Assembly: GCA_964610055.1 (NCBI GenBank)
Contig: CAZSUC010000001.1
Location: 287,994 to 351,993, forward strand
Length of the DNA stretch: 64,000 bases
Direction of reading: 5' to 3'
From: an uncultured Candidatus Saccharibacteria bacterium
Lineage (GTDB): Bacteria > Patescibacteriota > Andersenbacteria > UBA10190
Shown here one piece after another: positions 1 through 8,540 of the stretch. The notes under the pieces were generated by a model. That model was not told the origin of the DNA. It searched no databases and saw nothing but the letters and a program-made list of their open reading frames with translations. How positions within the stretch are numbered: the stretch's first letter is position 1; every line of letters begins with the position of its first letter. Position numbers and translations under genes: made by a program.

Positions 1-1
1 C

Positions 2-460
2 CTAACTAAGTCAACGCTTGTTATGAGAGATGCGGAACTGCTTTCTTCTTTCTCCAGCTGCGAAGTGGGGCTGACAGTAGAATTTGCAGATGATCAGATT
101 TCAACGCTGTTTGACCCTACAGCCCCACAGATTTCTAAAAGAATTAAGGCCCTAATGTCGTTGCGAGCAAGCGGTGTTAAGACATACGCATTCATGGGCC
201 CAATTCTGCCAGGACTTAGTGATCCAAAAGGTATCATCAAACTTGTCTCCGGAAAAATTGATTTTCTAATGGCCGAAAGCTTGAACATGCGTTGCGGTAA
301 TAGACAAGCAATTCTGGCGATCATGGAAAAACATTTTCCAGAGCTAGTTGAGACGTACCAGAAAGGATTTACTCGTCAATACTGGCAAGCTGTTCGACGG
401 GAAGTCGAAGCTATTTGTGCAGATCAAAACATTCTTCTTAAAGGATTCTATGATCACTAA
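2..460 (+). CDS. C-terminal fragment of a radical SAM / SplB-like (COG1533-type) protein, truncated by the window start
   Basis: ORF runs open from the window edge in the frame of 23..460. No start context. The C-terminal domain composition resembles DNA-repair-photolyase-like radical SAM proteins. Weak call from memory of the family. Confidence 0.4.
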   Translation, partial: LTKSTLVMRDAELLSSFSSCEVGLTVEFADDQISTLFDPTAPQISKRIKALMSLRASGVKTYAFMGPILPGLSDPKGIIKLVSGKIDFLMAESLNMRCGNRQAILAIMEKHFPELVETYQKGFTRQYWQAVRREVEAICADQNILLKGFYDH

Positions 461-494
461 CAGGTCATCTCGCTTTCGAATGGCCTGTTTTTTT
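461..494 (+). terminator. Rho-independent terminator
   Basis: 8-bp stem CAGGTCAT/ATGGCCTG (one G-U) with 11-nt loop, followed by TTTTTTT at 488-494. Immediately downstream of the stop at 460. Confidence 0.55.
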
Positions 495-515
495 AAAATC
501 ATTTAACATAAAACC

Positions 516-989
516 ATGGACGCAAACTTAATACAATTCTTAGTGGCAGCCAAAAAATCCACTTATGCCGGAGCATTAGCGGACAGTAAAAAAATCCTGA
601 CAGACGGTGCTCGAGAATTTAATTACGCTAATAATATTTACATCTACCGAGACCGATATTACGGTTCTGATCCCTTTGCTGGCGAAGAGGTTGTTTTTTC
701 TGCCAATGGGCGGCAAGCGATTTGGATTATGAATTACCGTGGATATACCACAGACAAATCTGTGAGCGAAGGTAATATATACGCCTTTCTTAAGCAAGCT
801 TTAAGAGAGGTAACTGAGGCAGCCCCTTTCCGTGGCCCATTCAAATTTAAAGCCAAAGATTATCAGTATGAGATGTCTTTTTCCGGCAGCACTGATTCGT
901 TTGTTGGATTAGAAGTAATACATTTCCAAAACCGGAAAGTTTACGAGCTATTTTTCCACGGTGGCGCTATAAATTGTCAAAACATTTGA
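516..989 (+). CDS. Hypothetical protein (possibly DUF5680-like)
   Basis: 157-aa ORF with clean coding periodicity; Y/N-rich. Motif pattern FL..AK..TYAG ... Y.Y.D.Y.G...F.GEE ... W.MNY.G recalled from DUF5680; family assignment is uncertain. Confidence 0.55.
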   Translation: MDANLIQFLVAAKKSTYAGALADSKKILTDGAREFNYANNIYIYRDRYYGSDPFAGEEVVFSANGRQAIWIMNYRGYTTDKSVSEGNIYAFLKQALREVTEAAPFRGPFKFKAKDYQYEMSFSGSTDSFVGLEVIHFQNRKVYELFFHGGAINCQNI

Positions 990-1044
990 ACATTTTTGCA
1001 GAAGTGCTATACCAATAAGCATATCTTTTTAATTTTAGTCAACT

Positions 1045-2320
1045 ATGGCCGAAATCTTAGCCGCCGCGATTTTCCTTTTTGGATATCTCGCAATTTCTTT
1101 AGAACACCGTCTTTTCGTCAATAAAGCGGCTGTTTCGCTGTTTTTAGCCATTACCTTATGGGTAATTATGGCGCTTACTTTACCCGCTAGTGGCATTCAA
1201 GCCGCGATCAGCGAATCAACTGCCGATATCTTCAGTGTTGTCATCTTCCTTTTGACAGCTATGACGCTAGTGGAGATTTTAATCCACTACCATTTCTTTG
1301 ATCTGATCGAAAATTATCTGCGCGCTCGTAATTGGAATACCTATCAGCTTGGCTGGGCTTTGGTTGCCGTCGCTTTCTTTTTCTCTGCCTTTTTGGACAA
1401 TCTCACCACTACCATCGTTATGATCCAAATTGCTCGGCGCCTTTTTTGTCCTAAAGACTTATTACGCATCGCCGCCGCTGTTGTGATTGCCGCTAATGCC
1501 GGTGGAGCCTTCTCGCCCGTAGGTGACGTGACAACCATTATGCTTTGGTTTGCCCATAAATTCACTGCCACGCACATTCTTCTTCAAGGGTTTTTGCCCA
1601 GCGCATTGTTAGCTGTCAGCTCTAGTTGGTTATTATTACGCCGTTTGCCGCATGTTGATGCCCAAGCCTGTAATCCCAGACGCCAAATTAACCCGTTTAT
1701 CTCGGTCTGACCGCATTGTTATTACTGCCACTCTCCTTTCCTTCTTATTACCTCTTGGTGCTGCTTTGCTAAACTTACCGCCATATATGGGTCTTTTAGC
1801 CGGACTTGGCGCAGTTTGGATGCTAATTGATTTTGCTAAATATGCCCGTCCTCAAACAAGCCACCTTGAAGCTAATATTAAACACTTTCTTCAACACACT
1901 GACATTGAAAGCATCCAATTCTTCATCGGTATCTTGCTTTCCGTTGCCGCCTTGCATGCCCTTGGCATTCTAGAAAGCGCTACCGAACTGCTCTTTGGTC
2001 TCATGCCTTCAACTGTACGCATGGTTACTGGCTTTGTTGGTTTGGGATTCGGTTCAGCTATTGTGGATAATGTGCCTCTAACCGCTGCGGCCATTAGCGC
2101 CCTATCTAACGTCTCTGCTCCGCTTTGGGTTTTGTTAGCTCTTACGGTCGGGACCGGGGGGTCTCTCTTGGTTATCGGTTCAGCCGCCGGAGTTATTGCG
2201 ATGGGTATGTTGCCCGATTTAACCTTTACTAAATATTTACGCATCGCCACCGTACCCGCTCTTATCGGATTTTTACTTGCTGTCACTGTTTGGGCGCTTC
2301 AATACTGGCTGATTTATTAA
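1045..2320 (+). pseudogene. NhaD/ArsB/citrate-transporter-superfamily permease split by a frameshift into two overlapping ORFs (1045..1710 and 1652..2320)
   Basis: Both halves (221 and 222 aa) are polytopic hydrophobic and together make about 425 aa, the normal length of this permease family. The frames differ by +1 and the ORFs overlap at 1652-1710. No homopolymer in the overlap. Confidence 0.5.
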
Positions 2321-2321
2321 C

Positions 2322-3905
2322 CTACCTGCGCGTTTGTCCAGTTGTCTCTTTTAGCCATTGAATTGTTCCGCCAAGTTTTTCAATCGTATCCCGATCGCCA
2401 GATTTAATTCGGCTATACCAATAGTCTTTATCATCTTCACTTGGCTCTTGTTGGTGGACAAAGTAAAACAAATAGGGGAACCAATGAGATTTTAGCTTAT
2501 CTAAGCTAATAACAGCCGTTCGAGATGTTAGTGAAGGATTCTTGCCGGTTTTTTCTGCCTTTGTCATCGCGACAATCAAATCCGCTTCATTGTTAACCTC
2601 GCCGTTGTACACAAAATTTACCCAAAACTGATTCGCGCTCGTCGTCGGTTCTTTATCAAAAATCCTGATATACAATTCATTGATCTTTGCGATCATCTGG
2701 CGCGCTGCTGGTCTCACCTTAATTAGCTCATCTGCCGCATTTGTTGCGGCCTTAGCTGCAACTGTCTGAACACTTCCGTCAGCTACAATCGTTTTAAATG
2801 CTCGAATCGGATCACCTACAGGATATCTTTTTAAAAATTCCGGATACACAGTAAGGATATATTTAGTGTTCACTCCCAATGCTTGCAAAATTTCTTTCGT
2901 CGCAATGTGACGCAGCTTCCCACTTTGCACTACATACACTTTGCTATTCAAACCTACGATCCATCCGTCTGGATATTTCTCAATATTTGCCCCACGAGGC
3001 AGCTTTGCGAATAAGGTAGCGTCGGCTGGCGCTCTTAAACTTTCATCTGGATTGCCGTCTGCCTCATATAAATAATCCGACAAGTACAAATGTTTCTCTA
3101 ACTGCCCATTGCTGGCTTCTTTAACGCGCCATATCTGTCCACCATGATAAGCACCTGTGTATAGCACCATCCCACCTGGATATTGCGTGCCGGTTAATTT
3201 CGGTCCCGTGGTAAATTCTTGCAGATGAACCGTTGAAGTAGCATATAAATTACCCGCCGGAATTTGCAGCTTTGTTCTAACCGCCGCCGATATTTCTCGC
3301 TTTCTCAGCTTATCATCAATAAAATACTGCGTTCCATTCGGTGCCACTAACACCTTCCCGGCATAAACAGAATTTACCGATCTTGTTTGCTGATACCTTG
3401 CCCAGTCCTCAGCGGATAACGTGACTACGATATCCTGCTTAAAATAATGATTTTCACCTAACCAATCACTGACTAATTCCGGTAAAATCCAGCTTTTCTT
3501 ACCACCGACCAGGATAAATACTTCCGAACTGCCTACTTGTTTAATTAAAGTCCCGTCCGGTAAAAAATTAGGGTTCACCGATGAAGGATATTCGTTTTTT
3601 CCGGTTTTAAAGCTGGCCGATGCTGGCACAGTCGACACAGTAGCCGTACTAGCGGCCGCCACGGCACCAATAGTCGTATTATTATTCGCTTTTTGATACC
3701 CCATTGCTCCTGTTAATGCCGCATATGTCTTTTTCTCGCCGTTCTGCACTCTGCTTGCCCAGTATGCCCACTCTGCGGTGCTCGGATCTCTTCCGTAAAC
3801 GCTGCGAAAAGCCTGATTTACTTGGTCAACTAACGCCGCCTTTGCCTCTGGTGCCGCCATTATTCCCACCAACAACGCCAGCGTTAAAAATCTTCGCTTC
3901 ATCAT
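2322..3905 (-). CDS. Secreted protein with N-terminal signal peptide and three DUF4214-like motifs (one N-terminal, two C-terminal)
   Basis: MMKRRFLTLALLVGIMAAPEAKA signal. Motifs VNQAFRSVYGRDPSTAEWAYWASRVQNGE, ELYIRIFDKEPTTSANQFWVNFVYNGE and FYFVHQQEPSEDDKDYWYSRIKSGD match the DUF4214 pattern (LYxxxLGRxPDxxGxxYWxxxLxxG). Confidence 0.7.
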   Translation of the reverse strand: MMKRRFLTLALLVGIMAAPEAKAALVDQVNQAFRSVYGRDPSTAEWAYWASRVQNGEKKTYAALTGAMGYQKANNNTTIGAVAAASTATVSTVPASASFKTGKNEYPSSVNPNFLPDGTLIKQVGSSEVFILVGGKKSWILPELVSDWLGENHYFKQDIVVTLSAEDWARYQQTRSVNSVYAGKVLVAPNGTQYFIDDKLRKREISAAVRTKLQIPAGNLYATSTVHLQEFTTGPKLTGTQYPGGMVLYTGAYHGGQIWRVKEASNGQLEKHLYLSDYLYEADGNPDESLRAPADATLFAKLPRGANIEKYPDGWIVGLNSKVYVVQSGKLRHIATKEILQALGVNTKYILTVYPEFLKRYPVGDPIRAFKTIVADGSVQTVAAKAATNAADELIKVRPAARQMIAKINELYIRIFDKEPTTSANQFWVNFVYNGEVNNEADLIVAMTKAEKTGKNPSLTSRTAVISLDKLKSHWFPYLFYFVHQQEPSEDDKDYWYSRIKSGDRDTIEKLGGTIQWLKETTGQTRR

Positions 3906-3906
3906 G

Positions 3907-4521
3907 CTAAAAACCTAATCTTCTCGCCCACATATCGACTGCCGGCTCCTCCAAATCTTGGTCTTCTGGTAAAAATTCCAACAAAACATCACGAATCACT
4001 ACTGGATCCATGTCACCAATCTCCATATGCACCAACGGTGACAATTTCTTCTTACTTCTAAACAAAACTAATTTAGCTTCCCCTGGTTCATACACCACAT
4101 TAAACGAGTCTAATTCCTTGAAATGATACAGTGAATTATTCACCGCCGGGCCATCCACCATAATTCGATACCGCATCATTGGCGGCTTATGCTGAGCAAT
4201 CGTATATATTAATCCTCCCACCAAAGCAATCGTAATAATCGCAATAAAATTCGCCGTTATCAGGAAAATTCCCATTATAACGGTCAATACAACTGCTAAC
4301 CATATAAACCATTTTGGACTTTTAGGGCGATGTTCAAACGCCAAGGCATGCCATTCTAACAGGGTCGCAACATCTTCCACGTCATCATCAATATCACGCA
4401 AATCGTGAGTTTCTTGCATTTCCTTCAATTCGTGCTGAAAACGCTTGTTTCCAGCCTGCGCTCGCAGATTCTTTTGAACCACCGCTCGCGGCACTTTCCT
4501 AATCATTCCCCAATTATACAC
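3907..4521 (-). CDS. Hypothetical membrane protein
   Basis: 204-aa ORF with two adjacent hydrophobic helices (WFIWLAVVLTVIMGIFLITANFIAIITIALVGGLIY). No recognisable domain. Confidence 0.55.
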   Translation of the reverse strand: MYNWGMIRKVPRAVVQKNLRAQAGNKRFQHELKEMQETHDLRDIDDDVEDVATLLEWHALAFEHRPKSPKWFIWLAVVLTVIMGIFLITANFIAIITIALVGGLIYTIAQHKPPMMRYRIMVDGPAVNNSLYHFKELDSFNVVYEPGEAKLVLFRSKKKLSPLVHMEIGDMDPVVIRDVLLEFLPEDQDLEEPAVDMWARRLGF

Positions 4522-4563
4522 GCTCTGGATTTTTTCCGGAAATTAACGCACTATACACCTACT

Positions 4564-4640
4564 GATCTCGTAGCTCAGCTGGATAGAGCGTCAGCTTGCG
4601 GAGCTGAAGGCCGCAGGTTCGAATCCTGCCGAGATCACCA
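4564..4640 (+). tRNA. tRNA-Arg, anticodon read as GCG (loop TTGCGGA)
   Basis: Full cloverleaf: acceptor GATCTCG/CGAGATC, D-arm GCTC-AGCTGGATA-GAGC with A20, anticodon stem TCAGC/GCTGA, T-arm GCAGG-TTCGAAT-CCTGC, discriminator A73 and encoded CCA. C35, G36, A20 and A73 fit Arg identity. Confidence 0.85.
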
Positions 4641-4648
4641 ATTATAGG

Positions 4649-4737
4649 GGAGAGGTCGCATAGTTGGCCTAGTGCGCGGGCTTGGAAAGCTCGTATACCG
4701 CAAGGTATCGTGGGTTCGAATCCCACCCTCTCCGCCA
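4649..4737 (+). tRNA. tRNA-Ser, anticodon GGA, type II with long variable arm
   Basis: Acceptor GGAGAGG/CCTCTCC, anticodon loop TTGGAAA, long variable arm (TATACCGCAAGGTATC), T-loop TTCGAAT, discriminator G and encoded CCA. Confidence 0.9.
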
Positions 4738-4767
4738 AAATTGAAAATCGGAATTGGAAGCCGAAAT

Positions 4768-4792
4768 GGGGTCGCGCCTGCGGCGCGACCCC
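4768..4792. other. Perfect 11-bp inverted repeat / stable hairpin GGGGTCGCGCC-TGC-GGCGCGACCCC
   Basis: Read directly. It sits 31 nt after tRNA-Ser inside a GC-rich non-coding stretch. No T-run follows on either strand. Confidence 0.6.
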
Positions 4793-5087
4793 ATTCGTCT
4801 GGGAGTGAATCAAGCCTGCAATTGTAACGATGTGTGTACTCGTTATGGCGCGCAACCTCGTCCCTTGCCGGCTGCCGGTCTCTTGGCTTTGGCTGCTTTG
4901 GCACCTTCTTGGCGCCGGCAACTTGGTAGTCCAGGAGTGCCTGCTGTCTTCCTGCCTGGTTACAACGTTAACCTGAATTTTCAATGTCCAAACCAGCACG
5001 TCCTGCTCATGGGATATGATGCTGCGACTGAGCAGATTACTTTCGACGTCAAGCATCGCCGAGAAGGCACTTTTTATTTGCGTATAT

Positions 5088-5115
5088 TTGCATATTAAAC
5101 CAAAAAGCATATCAT
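5088..5115 (+). promoter_or_regulatory. Sigma70-like promoter TTGCAT-16nt-TATCAT
   Basis: -35 TTGCAT at 5088-5093 and -10 TATCAT at 5110-5115, in an AT-rich patch between GC-rich flanks. It would drive the ORF starting at 5162, which has an AAAGGGG RBS 8 nt upstream. Confidence 0.4.
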
Positions 5116-5161
5116 GATTTGCAGTTCTTTTTTCTCTCACCTATCTCGAAAGGGGCGTCTC

Positions 5162-5737
5162 ATGGACGACAACAAAATGTCAGTCGGGTGCCAGGATCAG
5201 ATTGGGCAGTGGCGCGAGGCCTTGAAATGGATGGGGCATTTACCTGTTTGTCCTCGATCGGAAAGCCTTACGGATTTTCTAGCAAACCATCCCGAGCCTC
5301 TACAGCGCACTAATGGAGTTGTCCCGGTTTTAACCTGTCACTACCCAGAGGCAAAGAAAGAGATTCAATTTTACGCGTCATTCTTAGCTGTTGTTTACGG
5401 AACTATTTGTAACAACACCAGAGGCATCGCCAGCGACATCGACGCAGGAGATCGAATCTTCTTCTCTTGGGCGCAGGTTGATCTGACGGAAGACACATTG
5501 TCTGCTTTTTCTCAGCCAGGAGCAGGGGCGGCCATTTTTGCCGCCATTGTCATGTATCCTACTTGGGCACGATCATGCTTTAATGCGAAACGCGGCATTC
5601 AAGTGCCTGGGTACGAGACTGGCAACAACATCCTTGTTGTTCGCCGATCAAACAAAGAGCCGGTGTGCATTGAGTTTGATCTCGTGCCTGATCGTCAGGT
5701 TGAGCTTCTCGCAACTCCGCGGGTACTTGTACCCTAG
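5162..5737 (+). CDS. Hypothetical protein, GC-elevated island gene (a)
   Basis: About 50% GC versus about 44% for flanking genes. Start chosen at ATG 5162 because the earlier ATG at 5114 lies inside the predicted -10 box. Ends at a strong terminator. No recognisable domain. Confidence 0.55.
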   Translation: MDDNKMSVGCQDQIGQWREALKWMGHLPVCPRSESLTDFLANHPEPLQRTNGVVPVLTCHYPEAKKEIQFYASFLAVVYGTICNNTRGIASDIDAGDRIFFSWAQVDLTEDTLSAFSQPGAGAAIFAAIVMYPTWARSCFNAKRGIQVPGYETGNNILVVRRSNKEPVCIEFDLVPDRQVELLATPRVLVP

Positions 5738-5748
5738 GCGTCCACCAA

Positions 5749-5782
5749 CTGGTCTTCTCCGCAAGAAGACCAGTTTTATTTT
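5749..5782. terminator. Bidirectional rho-independent terminator
   Basis: Perfect 10-bp stem CTGGTCTTCT/AGAAGACCAG with loop CCGCA followed by TTTTATTTT. Located between the convergent genes ending at 5737 (+) and 5776 (-). Confidence 0.75.
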
Positions 5783-6375
5783 ACCTCTCTCACTTCTTCC
5801 TCTAATTCCGGTAAGTTTTCTTGATTAAAATGTTGCCGGTCATCAAAAATTCTCACTTTTGCTTGCGGCAGTCTGCTTGTATATTCCGCTAAATTAGTAA
5901 ACGGCACCACCGGATCATCTTTACTGTGATACAAGCTTACCTGCTCGCATTGTTGAGATAATAACGATAAATCATTCGGCATCTCAAAATCCGCGAGCGA
6001 CTCATCTGCTCCAACTCGAAACGGGGGAGCAATCAAAAACACCGCCTTAACTGTAATCGGCATTTTTTCTTCAGCTAAATATTTAGCCAAGAAAATTCCT
6101 CCTAAAGAATGACCAATTAAGATCACGTTATCCTGCACAAACGATTCAACTTTTTGCCACCAAATCTTCCATTCCGCATACTTTGCATTTTGCGCATTCG
6201 GCATCTTAGGGCGAATCACTTCGTAATCATCTCCTAATCGTTCTGCTAATCTTTCCTTCCAGTCAATTTGCATCAAGCGTTCCCATTGTAATTCTTTCTG
6301 TTTTAAATCAGCGATGTATTCTTGATAACTCGCAAACGTATTCCCTCCATGAATAATCACAATTTGTTGTTTCAT
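5776..6375 (-). CDS. Serine hydrolase, alpha/beta fold (YdeN/RBBP9-like)
   Basis: GHSLGG nucleophile elbow. N-terminal IVIIHGGNT. About 200 aa, typical of the PF06821-type family. Confidence 0.7.
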   Translation of the reverse strand: MKQQIVIIHGGNTFASYQEYIADLKQKELQWERLMQIDWKERLAERLGDDYEVIRPKMPNAQNAKYAEWKIWWQKVESFVQDNVILIGHSLGGIFLAKYLAEEKMPITVKAVFLIAPPFRVGADESLADFEMPNDLSLLSQQCEQVSLYHSKDDPVVPFTNLAEYTSRLPQAKVRIFDDRQHFNQENLPELEEEVREVK

Positions 6376-6379
6376 ATTT

Positions 6380-6784
6380 TCATTTATTTTTCTGTCGCCA
6401 AGCTGCTATTACAGACCAAGTGACGTAAATAAGCAATGCGTAAATAATTGCTACTGCAAAACTTCCTGGCAATAAAGGCCCATCAGGCGCAACAACTAAG
6501 GTATTATTTGACCACCATCCTAAAATGCGCAAAACAAAGGAAAACGGATAAGCAATATATGTTTCGGAAATATATAAAAAATTTTCAATAAATTCTTCTA
6601 CATCAAACCAAAAACTTTCAATGGGTATATATAAATTAAAAATCATTTTTATTGCAAGCCACATTTGAAAAAACGGGAATATAAATGGCAATAATGATAT
6701 CGCGATTTTCCATTTTGTAGGATATAAAATACCGCGCAACATACTTTTATTATAATGGTATTTCTTTATAATAAACATAGTCAT
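6380..6784 (-). CDS. Hypothetical small membrane protein
   Basis: 134 aa, AT-rich, several hydrophobic segments. Its start codon overlaps the start of the divergent gene at 6783 (CATG). Confidence 0.5.
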   Translation of the reverse strand: MTMFIIKKYHYNKSMLRGILYPTKWKIAISLLPFIFPFFQMWLAIKMIFNLYIPIESFWFDVEEFIENFLYISETYIAYPFSFVLRILGWWSNNTLVVAPDGPLLPGSFAVAIIYALLIYVTWSVIAAWRQKNK

Positions 6785-8540
6785 GCGTATATCGTTACTC
6801 AGTTTAATCCTCGTAGCTATTACTCTGATTTATTTTTGGCATATTAACTCTGTTAATGCTTTTCAAATCGTTGCGCCTTCTGATCTTCCGCCCGGCGCTG
6901 TTAGGCAGCCAATTATTTTAGTGCCCGGTATCACGGTCTCTCAAAATAAAAAATTAATGTATCGCGATGAAGAAGGGGGAGAATGGAAATTCGCCCCTTT
7001 CTTTAATGTGTATAAAGGTTTAATTAACAAACTCGAATCCGCCGGATACGAGCAAGATCAAGATTTATTTATTGCCCACTATGATTGGCGTTACGGTGCC
7101 GAACATAACGCTGAACATTATTTAAAACCCATGATCGAGGCAGCAAAATCTAAAACCGGATCTTATACAGTTGATCTTGTTGCGCACAGTTTTGGCGGCA
7201 TTGTCAGTCGTGCCTATATCCAAGGCGATGATTACGATTACGACGTTGATCAACTCATAACCATCGGATCTCCTCACGAAGGTTCTGCTGACTCTTATGT
7301 AGCTTGGGAAGGTGGCTTATTTCCACAAGGCTGGGGATATTGGATTAGTGGGAGAATTGAACAAGTTGAAGAAACTCTCAAAACAACTCGTAATCAACCG
7401 GACATCCAGCGCCCTGAATCATTTCGTGCTTTCTTTCCTTCTCTAAAAGACATGCTGCCGATTAATTCTTTTATTAAAAAAGATGGCGCTTTACAAAGTC
7501 CCACTCTCTTAACAGCGCAAAATGATTTTCTCAAAACAGCCCAAGATAATCTATCAAATATCAGCGATAAATTCGTTCGTCTCACAACTATTGCAGGTAC
7601 CAGTTTAGATACCTTGGCTAATATTAGTTTGCTAAATACTCGCACTGCCGAAGATGAAGAACTAAATCGTTGGCGCGACGGTCATGCTGTTACTGTTCCG
7701 CCGCCTCTTGATTCCGATGAAGGTGACGGCCGTGTTCTTTATAACGACGCTGTGATCGGCGAAGACGTCATCACTGTTTCCGGTATTGCTCATCATAAAC
7801 TTCCCGATGCCGTCCAGGACGATGTTTTTACCAAATTAGGTTTAGCTCCTCAAGCTTCTTTCTGGTCAACCTTCCCAGAACGAATTTTTAGTATTGTCAT
7901 CTTATCTCCTTTACAAGCCGAAATCGTCGGCCCGTCCGGTCAAATCCTCTCTGTCTCTCAAAATGATTTTGGATCTGATTATGCGGATTACGATGATGAT
8001 CCGAATGACCCCGACGATCCTATTGAAATCAATCTCGCTGATATGCCAATTGGCAATTATCAAATCAATTACACTGGTACTGGCACGGGGGAATATACCG
8101 TTATTACTTCTTATGCGGATGAAAATGAATTAGAAACTGATAGTTTTTCCGGTACGGCTACCCCCGGCCAAATTTTAACTTCATCTTTTTCAATTACTGC
8201 GGCTAGTGCGAATAATTTTGATATTGTTCAACCCGACACATCTTTAGAACCATCACCCTCAACATCCTCATCCGGTCGAGGAGATGAACGTGATTGTTGT
8301 CCCGGGCCTGACCCTACACCAATCCCAACCTCTCAGCCCAAAGTCTTAAGTGCCCGTACTATCGCAAGTCCTTATCGCCACCTTGTCCCGCTCATCAATC
8401 ATTTGCATCGTCTCGCTTATAATCGTCATCCTACTTACGACGAACATATTTATTGGTGGGATCGTGTTCTTAAAGGTGATTTTATGCGCGCCGATCAGCT
8501 TCTCGGCGCTATGCAGTGGCACGCTTTACCGCGCCACTGA
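6783..8540 (+). CDS. Secreted lipase-like alpha/beta hydrolase (class-2 lipase / LCAT / PGAP1-like) with a C-terminal DUF4214-like motif
   Basis: N-terminal signal/TM helix. PIILVPGITVS resembles the oxyanion-region pattern PxVLVHG. LVAHSFGG nucleophile elbow (AHSxG as in Bacillus LipA). C-terminal LAYNRHPTYDEHIYWWDRVLKGD. Confidence 0.7.
   Translation: MRISLLSLILVAITLIYFWHINSVNAFQIVAPSDLPPGAVRQPIILVPGITVSQNKKLMYRDEEGGEWKFAPFFNVYKGLINKLESAGYEQDQDLFIAHYDWRYGAEHNAEHYLKPMIEAAKSKTGSYTVDLVAHSFGGIVSRAYIQGDDYDYDVDQLITIGSPHEGSADSYVAWEGGLFPQGWGYWISGRIEQVEETLKTTRNQPDIQRPESFRAFFPSLKDMLPINSFIKKDGALQSPTLLTAQNDFLKTAQDNLSNISDKFVRLTTIAGTSLDTLANISLLNTRTAEDEELNRWRDGHAVTVPPPLDSDEGDGRVLYNDAVIGEDVITVSGIAHHKLPDAVQDDVFTKLGLAPQASFWSTFPERIFSIVILSPLQAEIVGPSGQILSVSQNDFGSDYADYDDDPNDPDDPIEINLADMPIGNYQINYTGTGTGEYTVITSYADENELETDSFSGTATPGQILTSSFSITAASANNFDIVQPDTSLEPSPSTSSSGRGDERDCCPGPDPTPIPTSQPKVLSARTIASPYRHLVPLINHLHRLAYNRHPTYDEHIYWWDRVLKGDFMRADQLLGAMQWHALPRH

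Noticed and set aside
4754-5098. 114-aa plus-strand ORF in the GC-rich spacer
   Set aside because: It runs straight through the perfect 11-bp hairpin. It has no RBS or promoter, and its composition and codon pattern are unconvincing. Kept only as part of the non-coding spacer finding.
4559-5140. 193-aa and 89-aa minus-strand ORFs overlapping the tRNA-Arg/tRNA-Ser genes
   Set aside because: They are translated antisense through two tRNAs and give the typical GFEPT / IRTHD artefact peptides. They are artefacts of the GC-rich tRNA region.
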